A DNA stretch of 33,173 bases from a virus (Duplodnaviria; Caudoviricetes): positions 1-33,173 of the IMG/VR virus record IMGVR_UViG_3300048575_000381; one strand, written 5' to 3'. Position numbers and translations under genes: made by a program. Of this stretch, positions 18,538 through 26,157 are shown piece after piece. The number at the start of each line of letters is the position of its first letter. Position 1 is the stretch's first letter. The notes below the pieces were generated by a model that searched no databases, was not told where the DNA came from, and saw only the letters and a program-made list of their open reading frames with translations.

Positions 18538-19557
18538 ATGGACACAAAAGCACCTCCACGAGTCGTCCTCCCTGCGAGGATGGTTCCTTCATTCAACGTC
18601 AAAGAAGCCTTCGATCGAAAGGTCGAAAGGAAATTCCTTATAAACACCTGGGGCGGACTTGGAGATCAAGTTTGCGCCGAGCCTTCAATTCGGTACGCGC
18701 TGAAAGCGTTCCCAAAATGTGAAATCTCGCTTGCGAGCAGGCAACCGGATCTTTTCACGCACCTTCAATTCAAAGAGGTGTTCGATACCCGCAAAGTGAA
18801 TCCGGTTCAGGAAAATTATATGGTCTTCCAGAGCATCGTGGACCCGAGCCATCTCCTTTGGGAATTCGTCTCGCACATGATCTCTCATTGCGTCGATTTT
18901 CCTTCCATCTGCATGTTCCGATGCCAACTTCCGAATGCAGATAAGGAAATTCAATTGCCGGATCATCCGATTGAAAATCCCGCCGTGGGTCGCGTTTTAG
19001 AACTCGGGAAAAAGGCGTTGGTGATTCACGCCGGAAAGCACTGGCCGTCAAAGACCTTTCCAAAATCCTATTGGGATGAGCAAGTCCACGCGTTCCAGCG
19101 CGAGGGATTCCAAACGGTACTTATCGGGAAAGAAGGGTTTGAAGTCGGAAGCGGAAACGTCGGCTTCGTTGATGTCACACCAGAAGGTTCCATCGACCTT
19201 AGAAATCAACTCTCAATGCGAGACTTGATCGGGCTTCTCAAAAACTCCCATTTTCTATTCTCCAACGACTCTGCGCCCATTCACATTGCGGCCGCAGGTG
19301 ATGCCTTCATTGGGTTCGTCGCAAGCTGCAAGCACCCTGACTACATCACTCATTGGCGTCGAGGTCAGTTCGGATACAAAACCAAAAACTTCGGGCTCGA
19401 TGGAGTTTGGAATCACATGGATCATTCGCCCGTTCAAGACGGCGAAGTAAAAGCAGAAGAATTGCCCGCAGGACTCATGGAGCGCCTGCTGCCGAACCCA
19501 ACTGAGGTCGCGCAGTTCTTCAGAAAACTTCGGGAGGAAAACAATGACGCTCGCTGA
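18538..19557 (+). CDS. Glycosyltransferase family 9-like (heptosyltransferase fold)
   Basis: GGLGDQV, IHAGKHWPSK, DLRNQLSMRDLIGLL, SNDSAPIHIAAA motifs. Confidence 0.85.
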   Translation: MDTKAPPRVVLPARMVPSFNVKEAFDRKVERKFLINTWGGLGDQVCAEPSIRYALKAFPKCEISLASRQPDLFTHLQFKEVFDTRKVNPVQENYMVFQSIVDPSHLLWEFVSHMISHCVDFPSICMFRCQLPNADKEIQLPDHPIENPAVGRVLELGKKALVIHAGKHWPSKTFPKSYWDEQVHAFQREGFQTVLIGKEGFEVGSGNVGFVDVTPEGSIDLRNQLSMRDLIGLLKNSHFLFSNDSAPIHIAAAGDAFIGFVASCKHPDYITHWRRGQFGYKTKNFGLDGVWNHMDHSPVQDGEVKAEELPAGLMERLLPNPTEVAQFFRKLREENNDAR

Positions 19558-20131
19558 AAAATTCTTATCGCAACCCTGGGCATACGCTCTTTCTTATCGG
19601 CGCGATACTTTCTTGAAGATGGTCGAACACTTCGAGACGGTCGCGGCTCTTGGACTGACTCAAATCATCGAAACAGGAACCGCGCGCACCCGAGGGAATT
19701 GGCAAGGCGACGGACAAAGCACTCTGATCTGGGATTGGCTCGTCGGCGAAGTTGATGGTGCGAAAGCGCTTTCGATCGACCTGAATCCGAAGGCAGTTGA
19801 TATTGCCAAAGAGCAAACGAAGAACGTGAAGTTCCTTGTGGGAGATTCGATTGAAAAGCTCACTGCTCAGAAAGGCACCGTACTTTCCAAAGTCGGTTTG
19901 CTTTACCTTGATTCCCTCGATTTCGATTGGAGCAATGGACAGGTCTCCGCTCAACATCACCTCGGAGAGCTCTTGTCGGTTTGGGACGGCCTGCCTTCCA
20001 ATTGTTTGATCGCCGTCGATGATTGCCACAGCCCGTATCAAGGAAAACACACGGCGATCGCTGCGTTCATGGCAGAAAAACAAATCGCTCCCGCGTTCGT
20101 TGGCTATCAAATGGGCTGGATCAAACCGTAG
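19544..20131 (+). CDS. Class I SAM-dependent methyltransferase-like protein
   Basis: IIETGT, LSIDL, GDSI, LLYLDS, IAVDD motifs; overlaps GT stop. Confidence 0.8.
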   Translation: MTLAEKFLSQPWAYALSYRRDTFLKMVEHFETVAALGLTQIIETGTARTRGNWQGDGQSTLIWDWLVGEVDGAKALSIDLNPKAVDIAKEQTKNVKFLVGDSIEKLTAQKGTVLSKVGLLYLDSLDFDWSNGQVSAQHHLGELLSVWDGLPSNCLIAVDDCHSPYQGKHTAIAAFMAEKQIAPAFVGYQMGWIKP

Positions 20132-20141
20132 CCGCGTTGAT

Positions 20142-20163
20142 CGTTCGACACGTCGAAAACGAA
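20142..20163 (+). promoter_or_regulatory. Palindromic intergenic motif, copy 3
   Basis: cgTTCGACACGTCGAAaacgaa. Confidence 0.65.
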
Positions 20164-20205
20164 ACATTATGCGTCTCATTTTCGACCGTTAGCATTTAGT
20201 CATAG

Positions 20206-20529
20206 ATGACAAATCGGGAACGAACGGACGCAAACACCATCAAGCTGAAGCCTCTGCACTTTGCAGCAATTCAAACTTTTATCGCTGTAGTGGTCGGCGT
20301 CTCTTCGTTCTTTTTTTCTGGCGCAAGCAAAATTACGTCCTTCGTCGTCGCGGTTGAGAATCGTTACGCCACGAAGGAGATGCTTCAAAACGAAGTGACT
20401 CAGCGGAAAACCGACAACGCTCGAATCGAGCAAATGATCCGCGACCAGAGCGCCAAGATTGATTCCATTTACAACATTTTGATCACCGGAGGCGCGAAAG
20501 CTTCCGGGGTCTCAAAAGGTAGTCGCTAA
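20206..20529 (+). CDS. Single-TM coiled-coil protein (holin/antiholin-like)
   Basis: One hydrophobic segment then coiled coil (KIDSIYNILI); first gene of lysis region. Confidence 0.55.
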   Translation: MTNRERTDANTIKLKPLHFAAIQTFIAVVVGVSSFFFSGASKITSFVVAVENRYATKEMLQNEVTQRKTDNARIEQMIRDQSAKIDSIYNILITGGAKASGVSKGSR

Positions 20530-20548
20530 CCAATCCACAGGAGGAACC

Positions 20549-21028
20549 ATGAAAACCACGTTCAAAAACCTTGCTCTTTGCCTGACGATGAAGCTTTTCG
20601 CAGTCTTCGCGTTTGCTCAGGATAACGTTCCACAGCCCGTCGATACCATTGAGGGCTTTTTCAGTCAGACGCTGACCTTCATCAAGCAATTCGGTGGGCT
20701 TCCCTGGGTGCTCAAGATCGCTGGGATTTCCGCGATCCTTATCTCTACTTTGAAAGTGAGCGCGATCCGAGAATTGACCTGGGACAAGCTCGGAAACGCA
20801 AAGGTTTGGGCAGCGCCCGTGCTCGGCCTTGTCTTCGGCATACTTTCGCTTGGAACAAGCCTCAATCTGGCAAGTGCGCTGGCCTATATTTCGGCAGGCG
20901 CAGGAGCGATCATTCTCCACGAGCTTTTGGATTCCATCAAAGCGATTCCCGGAATTGGAAGCATTTGGGTCTCGATCATCGACGTGATTCAGTCGCTTCT
21001 CGGTGGAAAAAAACAAGATAACGCATGA
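20549..21028 (+). CDS. Multi-pass membrane protein, putative holin
   Basis: GGAGG SD; signal-peptide-like N-terminus (..VFAFAQ) plus 3-4 hydrophobic helices. Confidence 0.6.
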   Translation: MKTTFKNLALCLTMKLFAVFAFAQDNVPQPVDTIEGFFSQTLTFIKQFGGLPWVLKIAGISAILISTLKVSAIRELTWDKLGNAKVWAAPVLGLVFGILSLGTSLNLASALAYISAGAGAIILHELLDSIKAIPGIGSIWVSIIDVIQSLLGGKKQDNA

Positions 21029-21372
21029 CCCGCGATGAGTATGTCGCGTCGATCAAGTCGGCCTTCGTCCTTCTGGGAACCAAGGCCGTGATGACCGAGC
21101 TTGTAGCTCTCACGGGATTCTTCGGACTTCCGCTCATCAGCTCCATTACAAATTGGGTGATTTCCAAAGTGCTGACCATCGTTGCGACGAAGGCGGAAAC
21201 CCAAATTTTCTTTTTCTTCATCGACATGAGGGTCGCCGATCAAGGGCGAGACTTTGAGGCTGCGGCTCTCAACTACTGGAAGATCCAGCAATCAGGAAAT
21301 GAAGACGCACGGAAGGAGGCCGAAGGTGAACTTATCAAAAAGTTTGTGCCTCTGGTTAAGTTTGCTTCTTAG
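21025..21372 (+). CDS. Membrane protein, possible i-spanin
   Basis: Hydrophobic N-half; 3' end overlaps a lipoprotein gene. Confidence 0.45.
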   Translation: MTRDEYVASIKSAFVLLGTKAVMTELVALTGFFGLPLISSITNWVISKVLTIVATKAETQIFFFFIDMRVADQGRDFEAAALNYWKIQQSGNEDARKEAEGELIKKFVPLVKFAS

Positions 21373-21676
21373 CGCCTGCGCGACGCCCCCTCCCGACGTT
21401 CCAATCTGCACAGAGCTTTCAATGACCCGAGGCTTCTGCACGAACACGATCTCGGACAAATCATTTTTCATTGATGAGGAAAACAAACTCGAAGGAAAGA
21501 CGTGGTGGGATCTTCGTCCGACCATGATTCAGGTGCCCATCTCCTCATGGGTGAAGATCAAAGCCTTCATCATCAAGGTCTGCAAGGAAAAGGGAAACTG
21601 CGGCGACAACATTTCAAATTGGGAGCGCCGAGTTTTTGACCTCGATCAACAAATCCAATCAAAAGGGCTGCCCTAG
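21326..21676 (+). CDS. Lipoprotein, putative o-spanin (Rz1-like)
   Basis: GTG 21326 with AGGAGG SD; lipobox LLLSA-C followed by Pro-rich ATPPPDVP. Confidence 0.65.
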   Translation: MNLSKSLCLWLSLLLSACATPPPDVPICTELSMTRGFCTNTISDKSFFIDEENKLEGKTWWDLRPTMIQVPISSWVKIKAFIIKVCKEKGNCGDNISNWERRVFDLDQQIQSKGLP

Positions 21677-21701
21677 TCGGCGCTCGTAAAGGAGTATTCA
21701 A

Positions 21702-22403
21702 ATGGCAACGAAAGTAAAGCTTCAAGAAGGTTCTTCGGGTGCCGAAGTAAGCGCCCTTCAAACACGTTTGCGCGAGCTCGGCTTCTACGGCGGGAACATC
21801 GACGGGGACTTTGGTCCAATCACAAAGCGCGGTGTACTCCTGTTCCAGAAGGCCCAGGGGCTCAAGCAGGACGGCATTGTCGGCCCGAAGACCTGGGATG
21901 CCCTTGAAATCAAAGACGCGCCTACGGACGACGTGCGCGCGCCTAAGCGCCCTCGGAGCTATGCCGACGTGAAATCCATCTTTGGAGATCCGCTTTCGGC
22001 TGGGTGGCAAGGTGCTAACTTGGCTTTTTGTGAAGTGGCTCCCATCCTCAAGGCGTTTCCGCTGAAAAAGGGATCAACGGTCAGGGGCTTCTATTGCCAC
22101 CGGCTACTGGTTTCGGTTTTCCAGGCTGTCTTTGAGGAAATTTGCCTTGCGGGGCTGGCTGACGAAGTAAAGACGTTCGACGGCTGTTTCAATATCCGAA
22201 AGATCCGAGGCTCGAGCACGAACATGAGCTTACACTCGTGGGCGATCGCCATTGATTTGAACTACAAAGGGAACGAGCTGGGCAACCCCAAGCCCGAAAT
22301 GGACCCGCGACTCATCGCACTCTTTGAGAAGCATGGCTTCTATTGGGGAGGCAACTTCAAGCGCAAGGATGGAATGCACTTCGAGTATTTCAACCGGAGC
22401 TGA
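21702..22403 (+). CDS. Endolysin: peptidoglycan-binding domain plus M15-family peptidase
   Basis: DGDFGPIT..FQ..DGIVGPKTW binding domain; SLHSWAIAID and DGMHFE zinc motifs. Confidence 0.92.
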   Translation: MATKVKLQEGSSGAEVSALQTRLRELGFYGGNIDGDFGPITKRGVLLFQKAQGLKQDGIVGPKTWDALEIKDAPTDDVRAPKRPRSYADVKSIFGDPLSAGWQGANLAFCEVAPILKAFPLKKGSTVRGFYCHRLLVSVFQAVFEEICLAGLADEVKTFDGCFNIRKIRGSSTNMSLHSWAIAIDLNYKGNELGNPKPEMDPRLIALFEKHGFYWGGNFKRKDGMHFEYFNRS

Positions 22404-22410
22404 TCGACCC

Positions 22411-22845
22411 TCAAGGAATCTGGAATTTATAGCAATAAGACGCTCGGCCGACCTTCTTCAGTGAGGTCAGCCGCACCGTCAGAAAAAATACTTGGTCATG
22501 GAGATTGAAAAGCTGGCCTCGCTTCCAGTCTTTTGAATAGTGCCTATACGTCTGCATTTTTTCGCCCATCAAAGTCTGAACCATGTATCTCCGCTTATAG
22601 AGAATCGCCGGAAGATCGCGGGATTTGCAGATTCGTTTATTGCTCAGTGACCGAAGAATTTGCAGGTACTTTTTCAGCCAAGCATTGGCTTCGTTCTCTG
22701 TGCGAAACACCTTGAAATCGTAGTCATCTAGCTGCTTTGGATTTTTCAAACCAAAGTATTTCAGATCGGCTTTCACGTCCTCTTTCAAATAAGGCGTAAC
22801 TTTGGGTTCTTTGGTTTCTAAGACGATGCAGTAAAGGTCTTTCAC
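22411..22845 (-). CDS. Hypothetical protein with ASCH-like C-terminal domain
   Basis: ILYKRRY..TLMGEKMQTYR matches GxKxxTxR; GTG start overlaps upstream stop. Confidence 0.55.
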   Translation of the reverse strand: MKDLYCIVLETKEPKVTPYLKEDVKADLKYFGLKNPKQLDDYDFKVFRTENEANAWLKKYLQILRSLSNKRICKSRDLPAILYKRRYMVQTLMGEKMQTYRHYSKDWKRGQLFNLHDQVFFLTVRLTSLKKVGRASYCYKFQIP

Positions 22846-23123
22846 GACGAAAGAGTCCGAAGCGTGTGGCCGTCCAAACAGTAGCCCGAGTTCTTCAGCA
22901 GCTCATCCCATTGCTTTCGGAAACCGATCCCAGAGCCACCGAGCAAACCCGCTGCCTCTTCCTGCTCAGTGAGCTTTTTGAACTCTTCATATCGCTCATA
23001 GGAAGGTAGTACGAAGGTGTCTTTGCGATGGAGGATCGGTGGGTTTTCGGACTTGGAGTAGTCCCGGACCTGATTTTTTCCCGTGCGAAAATCTACTCGG
23101 ATGCTGCCTTCCAAGGCTGGGTG
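22842..23123 (-). pseudogene. C-terminal remnant resembling DNA phosphorothioation-associated putative methyltransferase (TIGR04096-like)
   Basis: HPAL..S..VD, YSKSENPPILHRKDTF, F..LT.QEE..GLL, IG.R.QW; in-frame stop at 23150-23148 and no good start. Confidence 0.65.
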
Positions 23124-23241
23124 GGTTTCGGAAACGGTGTTGAAAGCTCACCAATGCCTTCAGAGCGACGAAATTCCAAAGCACTCTGATGAGTGCGACT
23201 TCTGCCAATATTTTCTCGCTGTGACAGCTATCTGTGAATGA
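23122..23241 (+). pseudogene. C-terminal remnant of a Cas4-like PD-(D/E)XK nuclease (not in ORF track)
   Basis: WVSETVLKAHQCLQSDEIPKHSDECDFCQY; P-x-CxxC-Y tail recalled from this family. Confidence 0.5.
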
Positions 23242-23268
23242 CCGTCGCGGGAGCTGCGCAAAGTCGAT

Positions 23269-23766
23269 TTAGGACTTCTTCTTGGTCGCTTTTTTTTGAG
23301 GAGTGGTCTGAGGAGACTCAGGGGTTGGCATTGTCATTCTTGAAGAGAAGTCTAAATCCTCTTTCATGCCAAGCGTGGTTCCCATGTAGCTGTTCATGAG
23401 GCTTTCGGTCACCGATTTTACCAGGTAAGTAACTGTGCTGCTGGCATCGTCCGTATTCAGCTTTTCGTCAATGTCGATTTGAACTTCATCTTTTTCGGTC
23501 AGGTATGCTCGAACCAAGTTGGAGACTAAATTACCATCCGCATCTGCGCTAATGAAGCGAGCACCGAAACCATTGGTGAACGGCGCGATCACTTCTCTGT
23601 ACTCTTTCTTTTGAAGCAGGAGACGACGCCGGCGAGCGCGTTCAATGATTTCCCACTCCTCGCGCTTGATACGCTCTTCGTGCGCGTTCATCTCGGCCGC
23701 CGTTTTAAACGGGGTTTCACGCAACCGCAGAATTGTGGTGTTTTGAGTTGTTTTCTTGCCGCGCAC
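23269..23766 (-). CDS. Hypothetical protein
   Basis: Likely GTG start at 23766 with GGAG SD; charged helix and Lys-rich tail. Confidence 0.6.
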   Translation of the reverse strand: MRGKKTTQNTTILRLRETPFKTAAEMNAHEERIKREEWEIIERARRRRLLLQKKEYREVIAPFTNGFGARFISADADGNLVSNLVRAYLTEKDEVQIDIDEKLNTDDASSTVTYLVKSVTESLMNSYMGTTLGMKEDLDFSSRMTMPTPESPQTTPQKKATKKKS

Positions 23767-23816
23767 CTTTTTGCTCCAGTTCAGCCAGCATATAGCTAAT
23801 TTGGGCAACCTGCAAT

Positions 23817-23941
23817 AATTTAACTAAATCTACCTAAATCCCCGAGAATTCAAAAGGGCTAAAACGGTGTAATGGGGGTTAATTTACCTGAATTTACCTA
23901 TGAGGAACCTAAAGAAACATGAATCTACTTGAAAGAAACTA
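23817..23941. repeat. Degenerate 10-bp tandem repeat array, consensus AATYTACCTR
   Basis: aatttaacta 23817, aatctaccta 23827, aatttacctg 23881, aatttaccta 23891, aatctacttg 23922, plus weaker phased copies. Confidence 0.65.
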
Positions 23942-23959
23942 AATAAGGTGGGATATAAT
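23929..23959 (+). promoter_or_regulatory. Candidate sigma70 promoter with 19-bp spacer
   Basis: TTGAAA 23929-23934 and TATAAT 23954-23959. Confidence 0.45.
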
Positions 23960-24199
23960 GGTGATGCGAGGATGCGTCATAAGGGTATTGACCGCTTTTT
24001 CATCAGGCACCTTTTCAACAATGCCCAAAAACAACATCCAAATGCCCAAGACGAATATCGAAAGTTTGATGAACGATGTACCTTTTTCGTTTACCGACGC
24101 TTGGGCAGCAACTCCGATCTTTCGTTGAGCGCGAAAAGATCGGTAAACAAAATTGAGGTTTGGTTAATGCAGATTTAGCTCGAAAAAGGAGAAGCGGAC

Positions 24200-24745
24200 A
24201 TGAACAACTTATTGCAGTTTTGTGAGTTCAAGTCCCGAGCTCCGCGAGCAAATCCGACCCTCCTCAAAGTTTCGTCTGTTCCAGTAGAGCACCTCTTCGG
24301 CACGCTTTCAGCGGCTCTCCGCAAACTTCGATGGGAGCTATTTTCGGAACCCCGCGCGCCAGAGCACCGTTGGCTCTGGAGCCCTCGCCGTTATCGCCAG
24401 CAATTTTGTAAACTCGTGAGAGAGTACAAAGGGGTCTCGCTTGAGACCTTGTGCGCAAGGCTTAACGAGCACCCCGAAATCCTAAAGCTGGAGCGCCTCC
24501 CGAGTTTCTCGCGCTTTTTCCCGATCACTCCCGAGCTGATTTTGGATTTGGAAAACAACATCAACAAGATTATTGAATATAACCCTTACGGCGGGGGGTT
24601 CCTTGGAATCGGTGCTTATGGCACTCCGACTCCCGAGATCGCCAAAGTCTTCGCCGAAATTTGCGGTGCAAAACGAGAGTACGAAAAATTTGAGCAGTGG
24701 TGCTACGACTACCAATACGCTCAAGCAAAGGAATGCCGCCAATGA
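24200..24745 (+). CDS. Hypothetical protein with XRE-like HTH segment
   Basis: AAGGAG SD; KLVREYKGVSLETLCARL..ILDLEN resembles an XRE HTH with insertions. Confidence 0.55.
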   Translation: MNNLLQFCEFKSRAPRANPTLLKVSSVPVEHLFGTLSAALRKLRWELFSEPRAPEHRWLWSPRRYRQQFCKLVREYKGVSLETLCARLNEHPEILKLERLPSFSRFFPITPELILDLENNINKIIEYNPYGGGFLGIGAYGTPTPEIAKVFAEICGAKREYEKFEQWCYDYQYAQAKECRQ

Positions 24746-25158
24746 GCGCGCCTGCGAGAAAACTCGCTGATGGCGTTACAGTTGTAGATGTTCCAAAAAT
24801 TCTAGTCATTGAAGATGATGAGTCTACGCGCTTTCTCCTCGAGCTAACCCTAGAGCAGCAACGCGAATTTGATCTCATTTGGGCGACATGCGTTGCTGAG
24901 GGAAAACTTCGCTTCGCAGAGAACCAAGTAGACCTAATTGTTTGTGACCAAAATATGGGCGATGGATTCGGTACTGAAGTTCTAAGGTTTGTTCGCGAAC
25001 GCGATACTGAAATTCCTTTTATTCTTTTTACGGCTCAATTTAGAGACGATCTTCCTGAGCTGGAATCTTTCAAGTGTTGCTACGTTCAGAAACCTGCGAT
25101 CCCCACACTGCTCGCTGAAATCACGCATCACTTAGGTGGTCGGCATGGTAGACGATGA
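24742..25158 (+). CDS. Single-domain response regulator (receiver)
   Basis: ILVIEDD, DLIVCD (phosphoacceptor), ILFTA, VQKP all intact; ATGA overlap at 24742. Confidence 0.9.
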   Translation: MSAPARKLADGVTVVDVPKILVIEDDESTRFLLELTLEQQREFDLIWATCVAEGKLRFAENQVDLIVCDQNMGDGFGTEVLRFVRERDTEIPFILFTAQFRDDLPELESFKCCYVQKPAIPTLLAEITHHLGGRHGRR

Positions 25159-25513
25159 GCACATTCCACTCATACTTGCCGTGGATAGTTACCCAGAATG
25201 GCATTGGGTTGTTCGGTACGTACTAACGAAAAAAGAATTCCGGCTCGTCTATGCTAGCTCAGTTAGGGAGGCGGCGTATCTGCTGGAGTCTGATAATTTC
25301 AGCCTCGTCATTTCGGGCGTGAAGATGCCCGACGGTTCTGGCTTGGACATTCTTTCGCTTGCTGAAGCCAAAAAAATACCTTTCGTTCTCTGCACCGCCT
25401 ATTTGGAGGAAGCGCTGCCTGACTTCAGGTATAGGAAATGCGCTTATGTGTGGAAGGGTGAAATTAGAAAATTGCCAGCACTGGTTGAAAGACTTCTTGG
25501 GAGCGCATCTTGA
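25145..25513 (+). CDS. Single-domain pseudo-receiver (phosphoacceptor Asp replaced by Gly)
   Basis: LAVDSY, LVISGVKMPDGSGLDIL, VLCTA, VWK. Confidence 0.8.
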   Translation: MVDDEHIPLILAVDSYPEWHWVVRYVLTKKEFRLVYASSVREAAYLLESDNFSLVISGVKMPDGSGLDILSLAEAKKIPFVLCTAYLEEALPDFRYRKCAYVWKGEIRKLPALVERLLGSAS

Positions 25514-26157
25514 GTAACCTCTGGGGCGATGACGCCACTCTAGAAGCAAAGCTGCTCAGAATGCCGTTTCAAAAGATGATGGGGCTTATCCAAGACCTTG
25601 AAGGACTGGACAGCTACCTAATTTCTGCACTCAACGATGAAAAGCCCGATGGCTGGCAAGAGAAGATCCGCGAAGCTCAAACCCGAAAGAAAAAGCGTGT
25701 CGAGTTTGTTTCATTCCGAATGGCTCTGGATGCAAGGCACCCGCTGAAGGACGCCTATGGCTTCGGAAAAATCACAGGAGCGGATTTTGAAAACAACTTG
25801 GGCAGAATTTTTCCGGCACCGCCGAAGCCAAACCCTGGCTTAGAGCTTTGCGCGCTGGCTTTGGCTGATATTCTTTTGAACTCTGAAGTCGAGTCCCGAC
25901 GATATTCGAGACGCTACTTTCAAGAGGGGCGAATGCGCGCGCTTGTTGAAATGTACGGAAGAAAGATGCACGGAAAATTTTTGGTTCTCTATCCAGACGG
26001 TAATTTGTGGGCGCGCGGGTTTTATCGAAATAACTCCATCGTAAGTGAATCGATGCAGTTTTACTTGCCGGATGGAAAGCTCGTAGAAGTAGCACCTATC
26101 CCGAATAATGTTATTCCCTTTAAGTCTGGTTTGGAATCAATTCGACCGACAGAATGA
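25510..26157 (+). CDS. Protein with C-terminal MORN-variant (YwqK-like) repeats
   Basis: YFQEGRMRA..MHGKF..LYPDGNLWARGFYRNN..YLPDGK; TTG start overlaps upstream stop. Confidence 0.7.
   Translation: MSNLWGDDATLEAKLLRMPFQKMMGLIQDLEGLDSYLISALNDEKPDGWQEKIREAQTRKKKRVEFVSFRMALDARHPLKDAYGFGKITGADFENNLGRIFPAPPKPNPGLELCALALADILLNSEVESRRYSRRYFQEGRMRALVEMYGRKMHGKFLVLYPDGNLWARGFYRNNSIVSESMQFYLPDGKLVEVAPIPNNVIPFKSGLESIRPTE

Noticed and set aside
18462-18722. 86-aa ORF after the RCC1 gene
   Set aside because: Overlaps the regulatory motif and GT9 out of frame; no SD
23817-23941. CRISPR array
   Set aside because: Units are 10 bp, degenerate and lack unique spacers; no cas operon
23948-24178. 76-aa ORF
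   Set aside because: Start overlaps the predicted -10, no SD, no motifs; a leader interpretation is preferred but coding is not excluded
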